A DNA stretch of 63,802 nt, the filler included, from Octopus bimaculoides (lineage: Eukaryota): the NCBI RefSeq assembly GCF_001194135.2. It is 6 parts of 5 records of this genome, joined end to end, with 100 filler letters (N's around TTAATTAATTAA, not from the genome) between each part and the next. Parts side by side here need not be neighbours in the genome. Positions count along the whole stretch, not along the records: positions 1 to 15,443 come from NC_069000.1; 5 more parts are not named here. One strand, written 5' to 3'. Below the pieces are notes generated by a model. The model had not been told where the DNA came from. It saw nothing but the letters and a program-made list of their open reading frames with translations, and made no database searches. Shown one piece after another: positions 1-13,520 of the stretch. Both the position numbers and the translations under genes were made by a program. Within the stretch, counting starts at the first letter, position 1. Every line of letters starts with the position of its first letter.

Positions 1-24
1 CTAGAAATAAGAGCCAAGTCTTAA

Positions 25-57
<33 letters not shown>

Positions 58-87
58 TATATACATACATATATACATACACTTAAA

Positions 88-296
88 GGCGGTGAGCTGG
101 CAGAAACGTTAGCACGTCGGGCGAAATGCTTAGCAGTATTTCATCTGTCTTTACGTTCTGAGTTCGAATTCCGCCGGGGTCGACTTTGCCTTTCATCCTT
201 TCAGGGACGACAAATTAAGGACCAGTTGCGTACTGAGGTCGATCTAATCTACTGGTCTCCTCACCCAAAATTTCGCGCCTTGTGCCATGAGAAGAA
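88..296 (+). mobile_element. SINE family A (tRNA-like head GGCGGTGAGCTGGCAGAAACGTTAGCACG)
   Basis: B box GTTCGAATTCC; more than 12 related copies in the window. Confidence 0.9.
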
Positions 297-388
297 ACGT
301 ATACACATACACATGCACACATACATATAGATATCTATATACCTATAAACGTATATATGTGTGTGCGTGCGTTTACATAGTTCTGCGT

Positions 389-419
<31 letters not shown>

Positions 420-897
420 TGCATATAAAACTCCTTTCCTCCGTCGATTTCGACGCACGAGGGTCAAACAATAGTTATTTTGTTTGTTTCTTATTCTCCT
501 TTCTAAGCTTTGAGTTATGTTTCTTATGAGTCTTTTATCCGACCAACAATTTACAGACAATTTCAGATCAGATACATTAAAGGGTTGTCCAACAAAACAG
601 CTGTCATATTAGTTAGAGACTGTTTTTGCCCCCAGTTCTTTAAGGTGACCTTGACAGTCTATTTAATAACTCTTTATGGCTTCATAGCAAGTTAACCTCC
701 ATTCGTTGTGATTGTATGCAATTTTTCAAATGTTTCTAGGAAGAACCTTTGTCGAATTCAGGTTCCTTTGAGCTTACTCTTGTACCTTAGCTATATCCTT
801 CCTACGCTTCTTCTTCCATCTTGACGCTGACATGAGGATTTTATAAATGAATTATTGGTATGTTGAATGATTTTCTTAACCTGTATACTCGCAGACG

Positions 898-1209
898 GTT
901 GATTTCTATAGTTATTGTCAGTGTTATTTTTCCAGCGGTTTAAATAAGAGTTTTGACTGCTATTTCCAGCAGGTAGACATACTCAGTAATTCTCCCTAAT
1001 TCTTCAATCCCTCTAGCATTACCTCTCTCCACTCCTTCCACGTGACCGGTGTTCGACCAAGCCTGACCTTTCTTTCTTTGTTCGACTACCATCCGTGTGG
1101 CACCTCGTATATTCCTTCCCATGATTTTCATCTTCTATGTTCCTGCCGTAAGGCTTTACTTCCACACACGCCAGCTTGATTTAATTCGTCCTTAGTCAAA
1201 AGACACCTG
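898..1209 (-). repeat. Second copy of the ~310-bp segment at 2340-2653
   Basis: Direct visual alignment from gttgatttct to agacacctg. Confidence 0.9.
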
Positions 1210-1693
1210 ATTGCTCTCAATAGTCTGCCATAGTCCTCTATTTAATTTTTGCATTTGGATTACTCGTGTGTCGAAACATATTTTGTTGTATTTCGGCACT
1301 GGCACTCTTTCACCTCTGCATTATTTGTCAATTTTACCATTTGGCTAATTAACTAATCGACTGTTTAATTAAACCAATCGATAAGTTGTATTTGTTCAAA
1401 GTCCTTGCGTCACAGTTCGAGACCTCATCAATGACTTGTTCTCTCTACTCCAGATCTGTTTCAGGTCTGTCTGTCTCAGTTTGCAAGATTTTCGATGTGA
1501 ACCTCGTGTGTTGAAACATATTTTGTTGGATCTCGGGAGGGTCATTGTATTAATAATAAACACACACGCACTGGTTCATTATGCTAATGATAAACACACG
1601 TGCACTAGCTTTCACATCCTTATTATTCGACAATTGGCTGACTATTTAACCAATTATCTAATCGATCGTTTCGTTGATCGTTCCGTTAATCAG

Positions 1694-1725
<32 letters not shown>

Positions 1726-2339
1726 CCAATTAATCAATCAGATGTGTTCATCAAAGCCCTTTCGGTGTCACACGTGACCTCTTCAATGACATGTCCCCTC
1801 TGCCTGAGGTCAGATTAATTGCACAATCGATTAATAATTGGTTACATAATTAAACAATACCTAAGAATAATGAATAAGTGCATTGCGGTATTTCTTTTCT
1901 TTTCGTAATGTTCTGAGCTCAAATCCCGCCGAGGTCAACTTTGCTTTTCATCCCATCGAAGTCAATAAAATAAAGTAACTGTCAAGTATTGAGATTAATG
2001 TAATCGATTCGCTGCTTCCCTCAAAATTACTGACCTTGAACCCTGCAATGGACCGGTGTCCCATTCAAGGGTACTAAACCAGTAACCAAGTAACCAGCCC
2101 AATCAGCCCTAGGGTTTAGTATGCAAATTAGTCGCTCCAATTCTTTGAAGATATTGGGTTTGTTGTGTATATAAACAGTGTTTCTGTTTGTTTCTCTGCT
2201 ATTGGTTAAGTAATGTTTTTTCTTTTCAATCTACGGAGAAATAGTTAAATTTGCCCCGTTTATACATGAACTACATACCTTTGATACATACATACATACA
2301 TACATACGTACGTATATATATATATATATTTAATTTCTA

Positions 2340-2960
2340 GTTGATTTCTGTAGTTATTGTCAGTGTTATTTTTCCGGCGGTCGGTTTAAATGAGTTTTGA
2401 CTGTTATTTCCAGCAGGCAGACATACTCAATAATTCTCCCTAATTCTTCAATCCCTCTAGCATTACCTCTCTCCACTCCTTCCACGTGACCGATGTTCGA
2501 CCAAGCCTGACCTTTCTTTCTTGGTTCGACTACCATCCGTGTGGCACCTCGTATATTCCTTCCCATGACTTTCGTCTTCTACGTTCCTGCCGTAAGGCTT
2601 TACTTCCACACATGCCAGCTTGATTTAATTCGTCCCTAGTCAAAAGACACCTGTTGTTAATGTCCTGTTGTTTGTATTTGTAATTGTGTACCATTTCTCC
2701 GTTTGTTTCGTCCTTGTTTTCATATACATTCGCTTGATTTCTTTCCAAAGAATCTAGTGCTCTTAACTTAGATTTTCTTGGGGCTGGCCAGATTAGAGCA
2801 GTCTCGAGAGTAACCGGCCGAAACTGCAAAGACGATCTGGTACTTGACTGAAGATAGAAAGCTCCGAATGACCCTTCCTTGTTTTTTCCTGTCCTGTTTT
2901 GTATCGTCTAACTGTCCGAATGTTTCGTAGTCGCCTGTTACGTTCTCGTTCCATTAAAAA
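2340..2960 (-). mobile_element. Degenerate gag/ORF1-like remnant; 2340-2653 is duplicated at 898-1209
   Basis: ~310-bp direct repeat at an estimated >90% identity. Minus-strand translation KVRLGRTSVTWKEWREVMLEGL...LTITIE loosely resembles the 16441 ORF segment. Confidence 0.45.
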
Positions 2961-4162
2961 AAAAAAAAAATTATATATACATATAGCGGCGTACGTACAC
3001 TTTTGGTCTCCTGTATGTAAGTACACACACACACACACATGTGCATTTACTTTCATGAATACGTGTGCGTATATAAGTTTGAAGGAGCGGGTTGTTTAGG
3101 GATGGTGGCGAACATATATTTCTCAGTAAGTCACGTTGTTAAACAAATCTCACGTCTCCATTACAACGGATTTGAAATCCAATAAACACATAAAATTTAT
3201 TTAACAGCAACAAACGACTAGACTGAAACGTATAAACAAAAGAAAACAAATCTCGGGTGAAACAATATCACAAATGAAAACCTTCATTGGTAAGATGGTG
3301 CCGTCGAGGGAAGACGACAAGCAAAGTCTTTTGTTACCATTCTTTCTTTCTTTCGATAAATCGTACTTTCATTCATTCAATATTTCTTTCTTTCTTTCTT
3401 TCTTTCTTTCTTTTTAACCATTCAGTCAGTCGTTCTTCCTTTCTGTCAGTCTGTCTGTTTATCAGCCTTCGTTCGTTCGTTCGTTCGTTCCTTCCTTCCT
3501 TCCTTCGCTCTTTCGTTCGTTCGTTCGTTCGTTCGTTCCTTCATTCCTTCCTTCCTTCCTTCCTTTCATCTACCATTTTATTTTATTCGTTTCAGTTTCC
3601 CTTTTTTTTCAAAGAAAAGTTGATTCAAATTATTTTTGCCGTTGTTTTTGTCGTTGTTGTTGTTGTTGTTGTTGTTATATTTATATTTATTTGTTTATTA
3701 AACATCATTTACATAAGTGGCCATATTTTTTTTCCTCTCTCGCTTTAATTGGATAAACATTTCGTTTTTCCGCTATCTAATTCCATGTTTTCAACAATCC
3801 CTGTAACAGAAACCTTGTCAACAATATTATATATAGAAAAAAGAAAAAGCAAAAAAAAAAAGCAAAAAAGCAAAAAGAGAAAAAAAAAAAAACCCGTTCC
3901 AGAACTTTTCATTTGTTTCCGATCTGTTTTTTGCATTTGTTTTTTTCATTCGTCATCATGGTATTTCTTTGCATTTTTTTTTTTTATTTCGCATTTGTCT
4001 CATGGCATAAAGCACACACTAACACAAGCATTCACACTAACACGCACAAAGGCACACACATACATACGCATACACACATATCTCTATACAGATACTTAAC
4101 AATATGCTCAGGCAGGCATACGTTTATTAGTAAGCATATTTTTGTAAACAAAGCATCGAAAT

Positions 4163-4199
<37 letters not shown>

Positions 4200-4524
4200 T
4201 GAGCGCTCGCACACGCGAAGAGAATGTCTTAAGTGCTGGTGAAGGTGAACCACACATATCCATACATTTGCAAGCACACATACACATACACGCAAGCAAG
4301 CACACAAAGTTTGATAGAGATGTTTGTCCAAGTTGTGCGAGTATTATACGCCGCATGTTTCTATTATATAACAGACAAAGACGCGAATGTACTCAATACA
4401 ACACAGTAAGGTTTATTTATGAGATGTTTTTTGTGACCTGAAACTCAGACTTTCAACGAAATGGAATATAGGTTTCTTACAATCATACATACATGATGGC
4501 TGACAATTCGTAGACGAATTGACA

Positions 4525-4841
4525 TTATTCTTTTCTACTCAAGGCACAAGGACCGACATTTTTGAGGAGGGAGCCAGTCGATTAGATCGACCCCAATGCG
4601 CAACTGGTACTTAATTTGTCGTCTCCGAAAGGATGAAAGGCAAAGTCGACCTCGGCGAAATTTGAACTCAGAACGCAAAGACAGACGAAATACCGCAAAG
4701 CATTGCGCCTGGCGTGCTAACGTTTCTTATTTCTTTATTGCCCACAAAGGGCTAAACATAGAGGGGACAAACAAGGATAGACAAAGGGATTAAGTCGATT
4801 ACATCGACCCCAGTGTGTAACTGGTACTTAATTTATCGACT
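4525..4841 (-). mobile_element. SINE family A tandem (partial unit with tail 2 plus headless unit with tail 1)
   Basis: Reverse complement of the 51051-51480 arrangement; junction at ~4726. Confidence 0.88.
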
Positions 4842-5824
4842 AATGTAATATTCTGCTAATTCTACATTAAATCTAAATCACTTTTCTTTACAGAAAGCGA
4901 CAGTGCAGCCTTCGATCCATTTATTGAGTAGGTTTCGATTGCAGACCAGTATTTCGGAACTCCCTTTTTACCTATAGGTATCTTTGATTACATTTTACTC
5001 GGATATACCCTCCTCCTAGTCATTCAATGTTTAAATGATCCTACTATATATTTATGAACTAAATATTACTAGAAATTGTATTTACAAAAATTGTTGAAAT
5101 ATTGTGTATTGTAGAAGTGTAGCCAATTTATTAAACTTAAAATTTACTAAAATCTTATATGGATTCGTAAGGGTAGTGTGTATTCCAGTTGAGAACCACA
5201 GTTACACATTTGCACAATTGTACCAAGTTGCACCAAGCGAACCAAGTTGCAAAGGTGGAGAAGTACATCCTTAAATTCCCCAGATCTCAGTGGATCCGCT
5301 GCTCGAATCAATCAGAACTTGTATTACTTTATCTGCTGTGAAGCTCCTACTTTGATGTTTATTTTTTGGTTTCTGATAATTCTTAAAGGGTTGTCAGTAG
5401 TGATTGGAAATCATTCAAAAAGGTTCTGAAAATGGCCTTTCCATTTCTTTAGTCGACCTTGTTGTTATAAGGCTTTTAGTTTTGCCTATTTTACCTGGCC
5501 ACTGAGTTTACTAACAGGGTCCACATCAAATTTTGTTGTTAAAATTTATCTGCAATAAATTGGCTATACTTCTGCAATACAGAAAATATTTTAACAATTC
5601 TTTTTAATACAATTCCTGATAATATTTAAATCTAAAAATGTAATAGGATTTTTTAAAACATCAAATGGTTGAGAGGGTCCATCCGAATAAAATAGGAATC
5701 AAAGGGGCCCATAAGTAAAAAAAAAAAAAAGGGCTGTAAACCACTACTATAGATTATCAGTCGTGTGTAATAAGATCAAATCTACTTTGAATATTGTTTT
5801 GTTCGTCCATTCATGAGTATCAGT

Positions 5825-6206
5825 GGAGACGCAATGGCCCAGTGGTTAGGACAGCGGACTCGCGGTCATAGGATCGCGGTTTCGATTGCCAGACCAGGCG
5901 TTGTGAGTGTTTATTGAGCGAAAACACCTAAAGCTCCACGAGGCTCCGGCAGGGGATGGTGGCGAACCCTGCTGTACTCTTCCACCACAACTTTCTCTCA
6001 CTCTTACTTCCTGTTTCTGTTGTGCCTGTAATTCAAAGGGTCAGCCTTGTCACACTGTGTCACGCTGAATATCCCCGAGAACTATGTTAAGGGTACACGT
6101 GTCTATGGAGTGCTCAGCCACTTGCACGTTAATTTCACGAGCAGGCTGTTCCGTTGATCGAATCAACTGGAACCCTCGACGTCGTAAGCGTCGGAGTGCC
6201 AACAAC
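5825..6206 (+). mobile_element. SINE family B (tRNA-derived), full length
   Basis: A box TGGCCCAGTGG, B box GGTTTCGATTGCC, tail ...cgtcgtaagcgtcggagtgccaacaac. Homologues at 26485 and 49794. Confidence 0.9.
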
Positions 6207-6234
6207 ATGAGTATCAGTAAGTTTTGTGCTTTGT

Positions 6235-6760
6235 TGAATTTATCATAGTTTCTGTTTGAAAATTTCATGTTTTTCAAATGGGATGGATTCTTGATATTTT
6301 GATATTTTCATCTTTGTCAATGACTTCCTTAGCCCCCACAATTTCCTCTGGATTTTGGATTTGAGTGAAGATGCAACTTCAATGCGATGCGATGAGACAA
6401 AATCTTCATAAGGTGGTATTTGAGGACTTCATTTAAGTTTTTATTGCAAGCTCTTCAAATTTGCTTTTGATTTCGACGAGAAGTTGACTGCATATTTCCT
6501 CGTTGTTAGTCAATGTAAACCAATCACATAGAAGTTGCCTTTGATTTTAAATTTATTGAAGATGCAGTTTCAACGCGATGCGTTATGAGGAAATTTTCAT
6601 AGGTAGTATTTGGGAAGTTGATTTAAGGTTTTGTTTCAAGCCCTTCAAATCTGTTTTTGATGTCTATCAGACACAGACTGCGTATTTCCTAGTTGTTAGA
6701 CAACGTAAACCAATCACACAGGAATTGCCACTGATTTAAAATTTATTAATTAATTCAAAA
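6235..6760 (-). mobile_element. RTE-like LINE linker remnant containing a 191-bp tandem duplication (6366-6556, 6557-6746)
   Basis: Two diverged units both translate as LCDWFTLxNNxEI...IKN/SR/KFExL...TTYENF, resembling the YDWS...VxNRFxxL region between the RTE EN and RT domains. Confidence 0.5.
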
Positions 6761-7475
6761 CAATGTGAATAAATAAGCATTTATTAGTCTGAATGCTAAA
6801 GGGTAGGACTCGAAATGCGAGACTATTCCTTTTCTTGGCAAACCAATTTATTACACTTTTCAGCAGTACGTTAGAAATAACCTGCCGGCCATGTTTAGTT
6901 TACATTTTCACCGACGTTGCTAGCACCCTCTAGATATCCATAAGCGTTAAATAAATCATATTGGTCTTTGCTCAATAAATTCATTTCTTGCTTTAGATGA
7001 GCTCCAAGTGAATACGTTCTGTCTCAATGTATGCTTTCTGTAATATAGGATAGTGCGGCAGGCATAAGGTAAGGCAACGGGAATGAGCCACGAATTTCAT
7101 ATGAGGAGCCCATAATGGTCCATGCATGCACGCACAAACACACACACACACACACACACAGAGGCACACACATTCACACCCCGTTATATATTCTTTTCTA
7201 CTTTAGGCCCAAGGCTCGAAATTTTTAGGGGGGGGTGGCCAGTCGATTAGATCGACTCCAGNNNNNNNNNNNNNNNNNNNNNNNNNNNNNNNNNNNNNNN
7301 NNNNNNNNNNNNNNNNNNNNNNNNNNNNNNNNNNNNNNNNNNNNNNNNNNNNNNNNNNNNNNNNNNNNNNNNNNNNNNNNNNNNNNNNNNNNNNNNNNNN
7401 NNNNNNNNNNNNNNNNNNNNNNNNNNNNNNNNNNNNNNNNNNNNNNNNNNNNNNNNNNNNNNNNNNNNNNNNNNN

Positions 7476-7542
<67 letters not shown>

Positions 7543-9251
7543 TATGTATGTATGTGCTTATACACATATGTAGGTAGATAGATATATACAAACATATTAT
7601 ATTAGTATTATATTACATATGTAAAACTCACTATATATAAGTTTCAAACATTGCCTCAAGAACCATGCGTGTATTCGATTGAATGTATTTTTCTTGACTG
7701 CTACTTAATTTATCGACCTCAAGAGAATGGAAGGCAAAGTCGACTCAAACGAGGGTTTCAATAACAGAACTTAAAAAGACAAAATACATGCTGCAAAGCT
7801 TAATTTATTTCATTCTACCGTTTCTACCGATACACAAATATAATATATGAGAAAACCATATGTATGTATGTATCTATGTATGCATGTCTGTATATATATA
7901 TATATATATATTGGCTAAACTGGCAATATGACCATCCCCAAGTACAACAATATATATATATNNNNNNNNNNNNNNNNNNNNNNNNNNNNNNNNNNNNNNN
8001 NNNNNNNNNNNNNNNNNNNNNNNNNNNNNNNNNNNNNNNNNNNNNNNNNNNNNNNNNNNNNNNNNNNNNNNNNNNNNNNNNNNNNNNNNNNNNNNNNNNN
8101 NNNNNNNNNNNNNNNNNNNNNNNNNNNNNNNNNNNNNNNNNNNNNNNNNNNNNNNNNNNNNNNNNNNNNNNNNNNNNNNNNNNNNNNNNNNNNNNNNNNN
8201 NNNNNNNNNNNNNNNNNNNNNNNNNNNNNNNNNNNNNNNNNNNNNNNNNNNNNNNNNNNNNNNNNNNNNNNNNNNNNNNNNNNNNNNNNNNNNNNNNNNN
8301 NNNNNNNNNNNNNNNNNNNNNNNNNNNNNNNNNNNNNNNNNNNNNNNNNNNNNNNNNNNNNNNNNNNNNNNNNNNNNNNNNNNNNNNNNNNNNNNNNNNN
8401 NNNNNNNNNNNNNNNNNNNNNNNNNNNNNNNNNNNNNNNNNNNNNNNNNNNNNNNNNNNNNNNNNNNNNNNNNNNNNNNNNNNNNNNNNNNNNNNNNNNN
8501 NNNNNNNNNNNNNNNNNNNNNNNNNNNNNNNNNNNNNNNNNNNNNNNNNNNNNNNNNNNNNNNNNNNNNNNNNNNNNNNNNNNNNNNNNNNNNNNNNNNN
8601 NNNNNNNNNNNNNNNNNNNNNNNNNNNNNNNNNNNNNNNNNNNNNNNNNNNNNNNNNNNNNNNNNNNNNNNNNNNNNNNNNNNNNNNNNNNNNNNNNNNN
8701 NNNNNNNNNNNNNNNNNNNNNNNNNNNNNNNNNNNNNNNNNNNNNNNNNNNNNNNNNNNNNNNNNNNNNNNNNTTTTTTTTCTGTTTTTTTTGTTGTCTT
8801 TTTGTGCTTCTCTGTTACTGGTGTGGAGAGACGTAGGGAGGTGGGAAAGGTGGAGGAGAAAGACGGTATGGACAGTTGGAGAAAATAAAACAAAACCCCC
8901 CGAAAAACATAATAAAAATAAAATAAAATAAAATAAAATAAAATAGCGAAAATGCAACCATGGAACAATTCCAGTGGGGGAAGAATAAAAAAAAAGTGAA
9001 ATAAGCTACGTTAAGAGAAAATAATAGACTTGAACGATGTCTGGTTTTTAAGAACTAGACTATAAACAACACTGATGTAATTGTTAAACTTAGAACTAAG
9101 CTTTATATTGGGTTTATACGTGTTTTTCTGTCTGTCTATCTATCTATCTATCTATCTATAAATATGTATACATACACACATATATGCATATATATGATGT
9201 ACCTACGTACATCACATATATGCATAATTGTATGCATGTTTGTAAGTATGC

Positions 9252-9284
<33 letters not shown>

Positions 9285-9481
9285 TGTATGTATGTTTGTA
9301 TGTCTGTACTGGTTTCGGCCCTTACCTCCAGATCGAATTGCAAGGGAGCGCCTTTGCGAAAATATGGTGGGTCTTGGATATTTTTAAAACCTGGCAGAGC
9401 TCAAACTTTTCAAATCACACACACATACACGCGCGCGCACGCACACACACACATACACACACAGACACACACACACACACA

Positions 9482-9556
<75 letters not shown>

Positions 9557-9950
9557 GTATATCAGATTCAAAAGGAGCACCGAAAGATGACAAAGGAACA
9601 AACGGAAAATTCATATACGAGACGTGGACAAGTTATTTACTTAAGTTGTCATTCAAAAACCATAACAGTCTCACGCCTTTAACAATGATATTGTTCATTT
9701 TGGCGGCGTCAACAGCAAAGAGCTGCTGGGAATAATGAACGAACGTAGAGGACGGTGACGCAAACAAACACGGCACGAGTTATTGGTACGAATGTAAATA
9801 TACAAGCAAATGTAGAGCCGTGAGTCTCTGAGGCAACTTCAGAATGAGACATGGGTAGAGGTGAGGCAATGGAAAATGGCGTCCTATAGGATTTGAAAAG
9901 GAAAGTGGAGAGATAGAAAATTAACAAGAGTGATAGGACATGTGAACTCT

Positions 9951-9986
<36 letters not shown>

Positions 9987-10049
9987 GGATGTTGTTATGA
10001 ATAACGAAAGAACACTGTATATGAATATATTCCAAAAATGCTTATACTG

Positions 10050-10093
<44 letters not shown>

Positions 10094-10729
10094 CCTCCAT
10101 CCCTCCATCCCTCCATCCGTCTCTCAGTCCGCCCGTCCGGCCATCAATCATCTATCCATCCACCTATGTTTGTGTGTGTGTGTGTGTGTATGTGTGTAAT
10201 CTGCCTCTTATACAAGGGCCATATTTCGACATCTGCCTAAGTGTATCAACTATACATTTATCTCCATCTTCACAAACGCTTAGCTGTATGTCTCAAACAC
10301 ACGATATACAGGTCCTGTGTGTATGTGCGTGTGTATGTTTGTCTATATGTGTAGGTGTGTGTGTGTGAAATAAAAAGTTGGGGCAGCGGGGAACGCGCAC
10401 GCGCGTGAATGCATACGAGTGTGTTTTTCTATTCACAAGTGAGTATAAAAGAAACCGTAGATGCAAAATACAATTGATGTTCGTAATGACTAAGCAATTG
10501 GTGATGAAACGCACGTAATCATGATGATGATGATGGTGATGATAATAATGATGGTGATAATGATGACTATCAGCGTCGTGACCACCACCACCACCACCAC
10601 CACCACCACCATCATGATTGTCATCATCGTCATCATCAAAGGCATGAATGAATACGTCCAGTGAGGACAAGAACAACAAAAAGCACAAGGAAATCGTTTT
10701 TCATCTGGTTGTTCTTGTCGTCGTGGTCG

Positions 10730-10764
<35 letters not shown>

Positions 10765-11592
10765 GCTGTTGTTGTTGTTATTTACCACCATCATCATTAT
10801 ATGGAAGCATTGTTGATTGTTGCCATCTGTGCCTAGTCGCAGCGAAGATTGCATCACCAGACGAGGCTGAACACGAAGAGAGAAAAATATTAGTTTGAAC
10901 ACACAGACACACACATATGTATATATACANNNNNNNNNNNNNNNNNNNNNNNNNNNNNNNNNNNNNNNNNNNNNNNNNNNNNNNNNNNNNNNNNNNNNNN
11001 NNNNNNNNNNNNNNNNNNNNNNNNNNNNNNNNNNNNNNNNNNNNNNNNNNNNNNNNNNNNNNNNNNNNNNNNNNNNNNNNNNNNNNNNNNNNNNNNNNNN
11101 NNNNNNNNNNNNNNNNNNNNNNNNNNNNNNNNNNNNNNNNNNNNNNNNNNNNNNNNNNNNNNNNNNNNNNNNNNNNNNNNNNNNNNNNNNNNNNNNNNNN
11201 NNNNNNNNNNNNNNNNNNNNNNNNNNNNNNNNNNNNNNNNNNNNNNNNNNNNNNNNNNNNNNNNNNNNNNNNNNNNNNNNNNNNNNNNNNNNNNNNNNNN
11301 NNNNNNNNNNNNNNNNNNNNNNNNNNNNNNNNNNNNNNNNNNNNNNNNNNNNNNNNNNNNNNNNNNNNNNNNNNNNNNNNNNNNNNNNNNNNNNNNNNNN
11401 NNNNNNNNNNNNNNNNNNNNNNNNNNNNNNNNNNNNNNNNNNNNNNNNNNNNNNNNNNNNNNNNNNNNNNNNNNNNNNNNNNNNNNNNNNNNNNNNNNNN
11501 NNNNNNNNNNNNNNNNNNNNNNNNNNNNNNNNNNNNNNNNNNNNNNNNNNNNNNNNNNNNNCATATATGTGTATGTATGTATATATATATAT

Positions 11593-11627
<35 letters not shown>

Positions 11628-11888
11628 CATAGATACGTACGTACATACATACATGCAAACGCGCGCGCGAACACACACTCATACTCTCACACACACAATG
11701 CATGTTAAAAGGCCAAGCCCCGCGTTCCTTCCTTGTGTGTTGTCATTTCCTTGTGAATCTCTGGGGGTGTAGAAGAAAGTAGTGGCTACGATACGAGAGG
11801 AGAGAGATATGGAAAAAGACATTATCTTAAAGAGAGTTGAGTTTGATAGGTAAATAGACAGGTGGGAGATAGATGCAGTAAAGAGAAG

Positions 11889-11980
<92 letters not shown>

Positions 11981-12224
11981 TGTAGCCAGTGGTCAGTAAT
12001 GATGTCCGAAAGATATCATGTGAACAGACAGTGAAATATAAGGACAAGGACAAACGGAGGTAATAGTGATGCGATATGGTGATTCGAGTTTCGTCTAAGA
12101 TACCGAGTGGAGATGGGGAAAGCGTTGGAAAACGAGGAAATGAGGTGGAGTAGATTTTGCCTGAGAGAGAAAAGAGAAGAAACAGTCACCTCATCCATCG
12201 CACAGATATATACATGCACACATC

Positions 12225-12486
12225 ATGGCTGTGTGGCAAGGAGCTTGTATCCGTCTACCAAAGCCTTGTGAGTGAATTTCGTAGACGGAAACTGAAAGAA
12301 GCCCGTCCCGGTGTTGGAGTGTTTACGTCCCCGTAACATTAGCGGTTAGGCAAAAAGCGACCGATAGAATAAGTACTAGGCTTGAAAAAAAAAGTTTTGG
12401 GGTCAATTTGTTGAATTAAAAGCCTTCAAGGCGGTCCTTCAGCATGGCCGCAGTCAAATGACTGAAACAAGTAAAAGAGTAAAAGA
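12225..12486 (+). mobile_element. SINE family C, internally deleted
   Basis: tggctgtgtgg head...gtagacggaaactgaaagaagcccgtc...cagcatggccgcagtcaaatgactgaaacaagtaaaaga. Confidence 0.85.
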
Positions 12487-13254
12487 NNNNNNNNNNNNNN
12501 NNNNNNNNNNNNNNNNNNNNNNNNNNNNNNNNNNNNNNNNNNNNNNNNNNNNNNNNNNNNNNNNNNNNNNNNNNNNNNNNNNNNNNNNNNNNNNNNNNNN
12601 NNNNNNNNNNNNNNNNNNNNNNNNNNNNNNNNNNNNNNNNNNNNNNNNNNNNNNNNNNNNNNNNNNNNNNNNNNNNNNNNNNNNNNNNNNNNNNNNNNNN
12701 NNNNNNNNNNNNNNNNNNNNNNNNNNNNNNNNNNNNNNNNNNNNNNNNNNNNNNNNNNNNNNNNNNNNNNNNNNNNNNNNNNNNNNNNNNNNNNNNNNNN
12801 NNNNNNNNNNNNNNNNNNNNNNNNNNNNNNNNNNNNNNNNNNNNNNNNNNNNNNNNNNNNNNNNNNNNNNNNNNNNNNNNNNNNNNNNNNNNNNNNNNNN
12901 NNNNNNNNNNNNNNNNNNNNNNNNNNNNNNNNNNNNNNNNNNNNNNNNNNNNNNNNNNNNNNNNNNNNNNNNNNNNNNNNNNNNNNNNNNNNNNNNNNNN
13001 NNNNNNNNNNNNNNNNNNNNNNNNNNNNNNNNNNNNNNNNNNNNNNNNNNNNNNNNNNNNNNNNNNNNNNNNNNNNNNNNNNNNNNNNNNNNNNNNNNNN
13101 NNNNNNNNNNNNNNNNNNNNNNNNNNNNNNNNNNNNNNNNNNNNNNNNNNNNNNNNNNNNNNNNNNNNNNNNNNNNNNNNNNNNNNNNNNNNNNNNNNNN
13201 NNNNNNNNNNNNNNNNNNNTAAGTTGGTGAATGCTGCCATAATTCTTGCCTTCA

Positions 13255-13520
13255 GTTCATCTTGCCTTCAGTTCCATTGGTCTCCCACTCAACTGCGCCC
13301 ATACATAATAATCAAGGGGGTTGCAGTCTGGAGAATTAGGTGGTCAGATGTTAGGGGTAATGTGGTCGCAGAAATTGTCTGACAGTCATGACTGGGTTCT
13401 CCTGCTTGTGTGGCGGTGTGCAGAGTCCTGTTGCCAGACATAGGGTCTTCCAGCAGCCACCCACTTGACCCAAGGCAGCAGTACCTCCTCCAGGCACTTG
13501 ATGTAAAGTTTGAGGTCGTG
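13255..13520 (-). mobile_element. Tc1/mariner (maT/DD37D-like) transposase C-terminal fragment
   Basis: YIKCLEEVLLPWVK...PYVWQQDSAHRHTSRRTQ...*PPNSPDCNPLDYYVW. Confidence 0.8.

Noticed and set aside
1000-1130. HTDGS word suggesting an RNase H domain
   Set aside because: The frame is broken by stops right after it and no other RNase H motifs follow; an alternative frame fits an ORF1-like remnant better.
2099-2175. CCAAT (2099), octamer ATGCAAAT (2121) and TATATAAA (2168) in promoter-like order
   Set aside because: No downstream gene or transcript evidence; short motifs are expected by chance in AT-rich DNA between repeats.
4881-4980. Possible plus-strand exons (4895, 43269, 62712)
   Set aside because: Acceptor-like AG present, but peptides are unrecognisable, donors are weak or ambiguous, and no consistent gene model links them.
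5825-5900. SINE heads as genuine tRNA genes
   Set aside because: A/B boxes are present but no complete cloverleaf or acceptor stem is evident, and each continues into a multi-copy SINE body.
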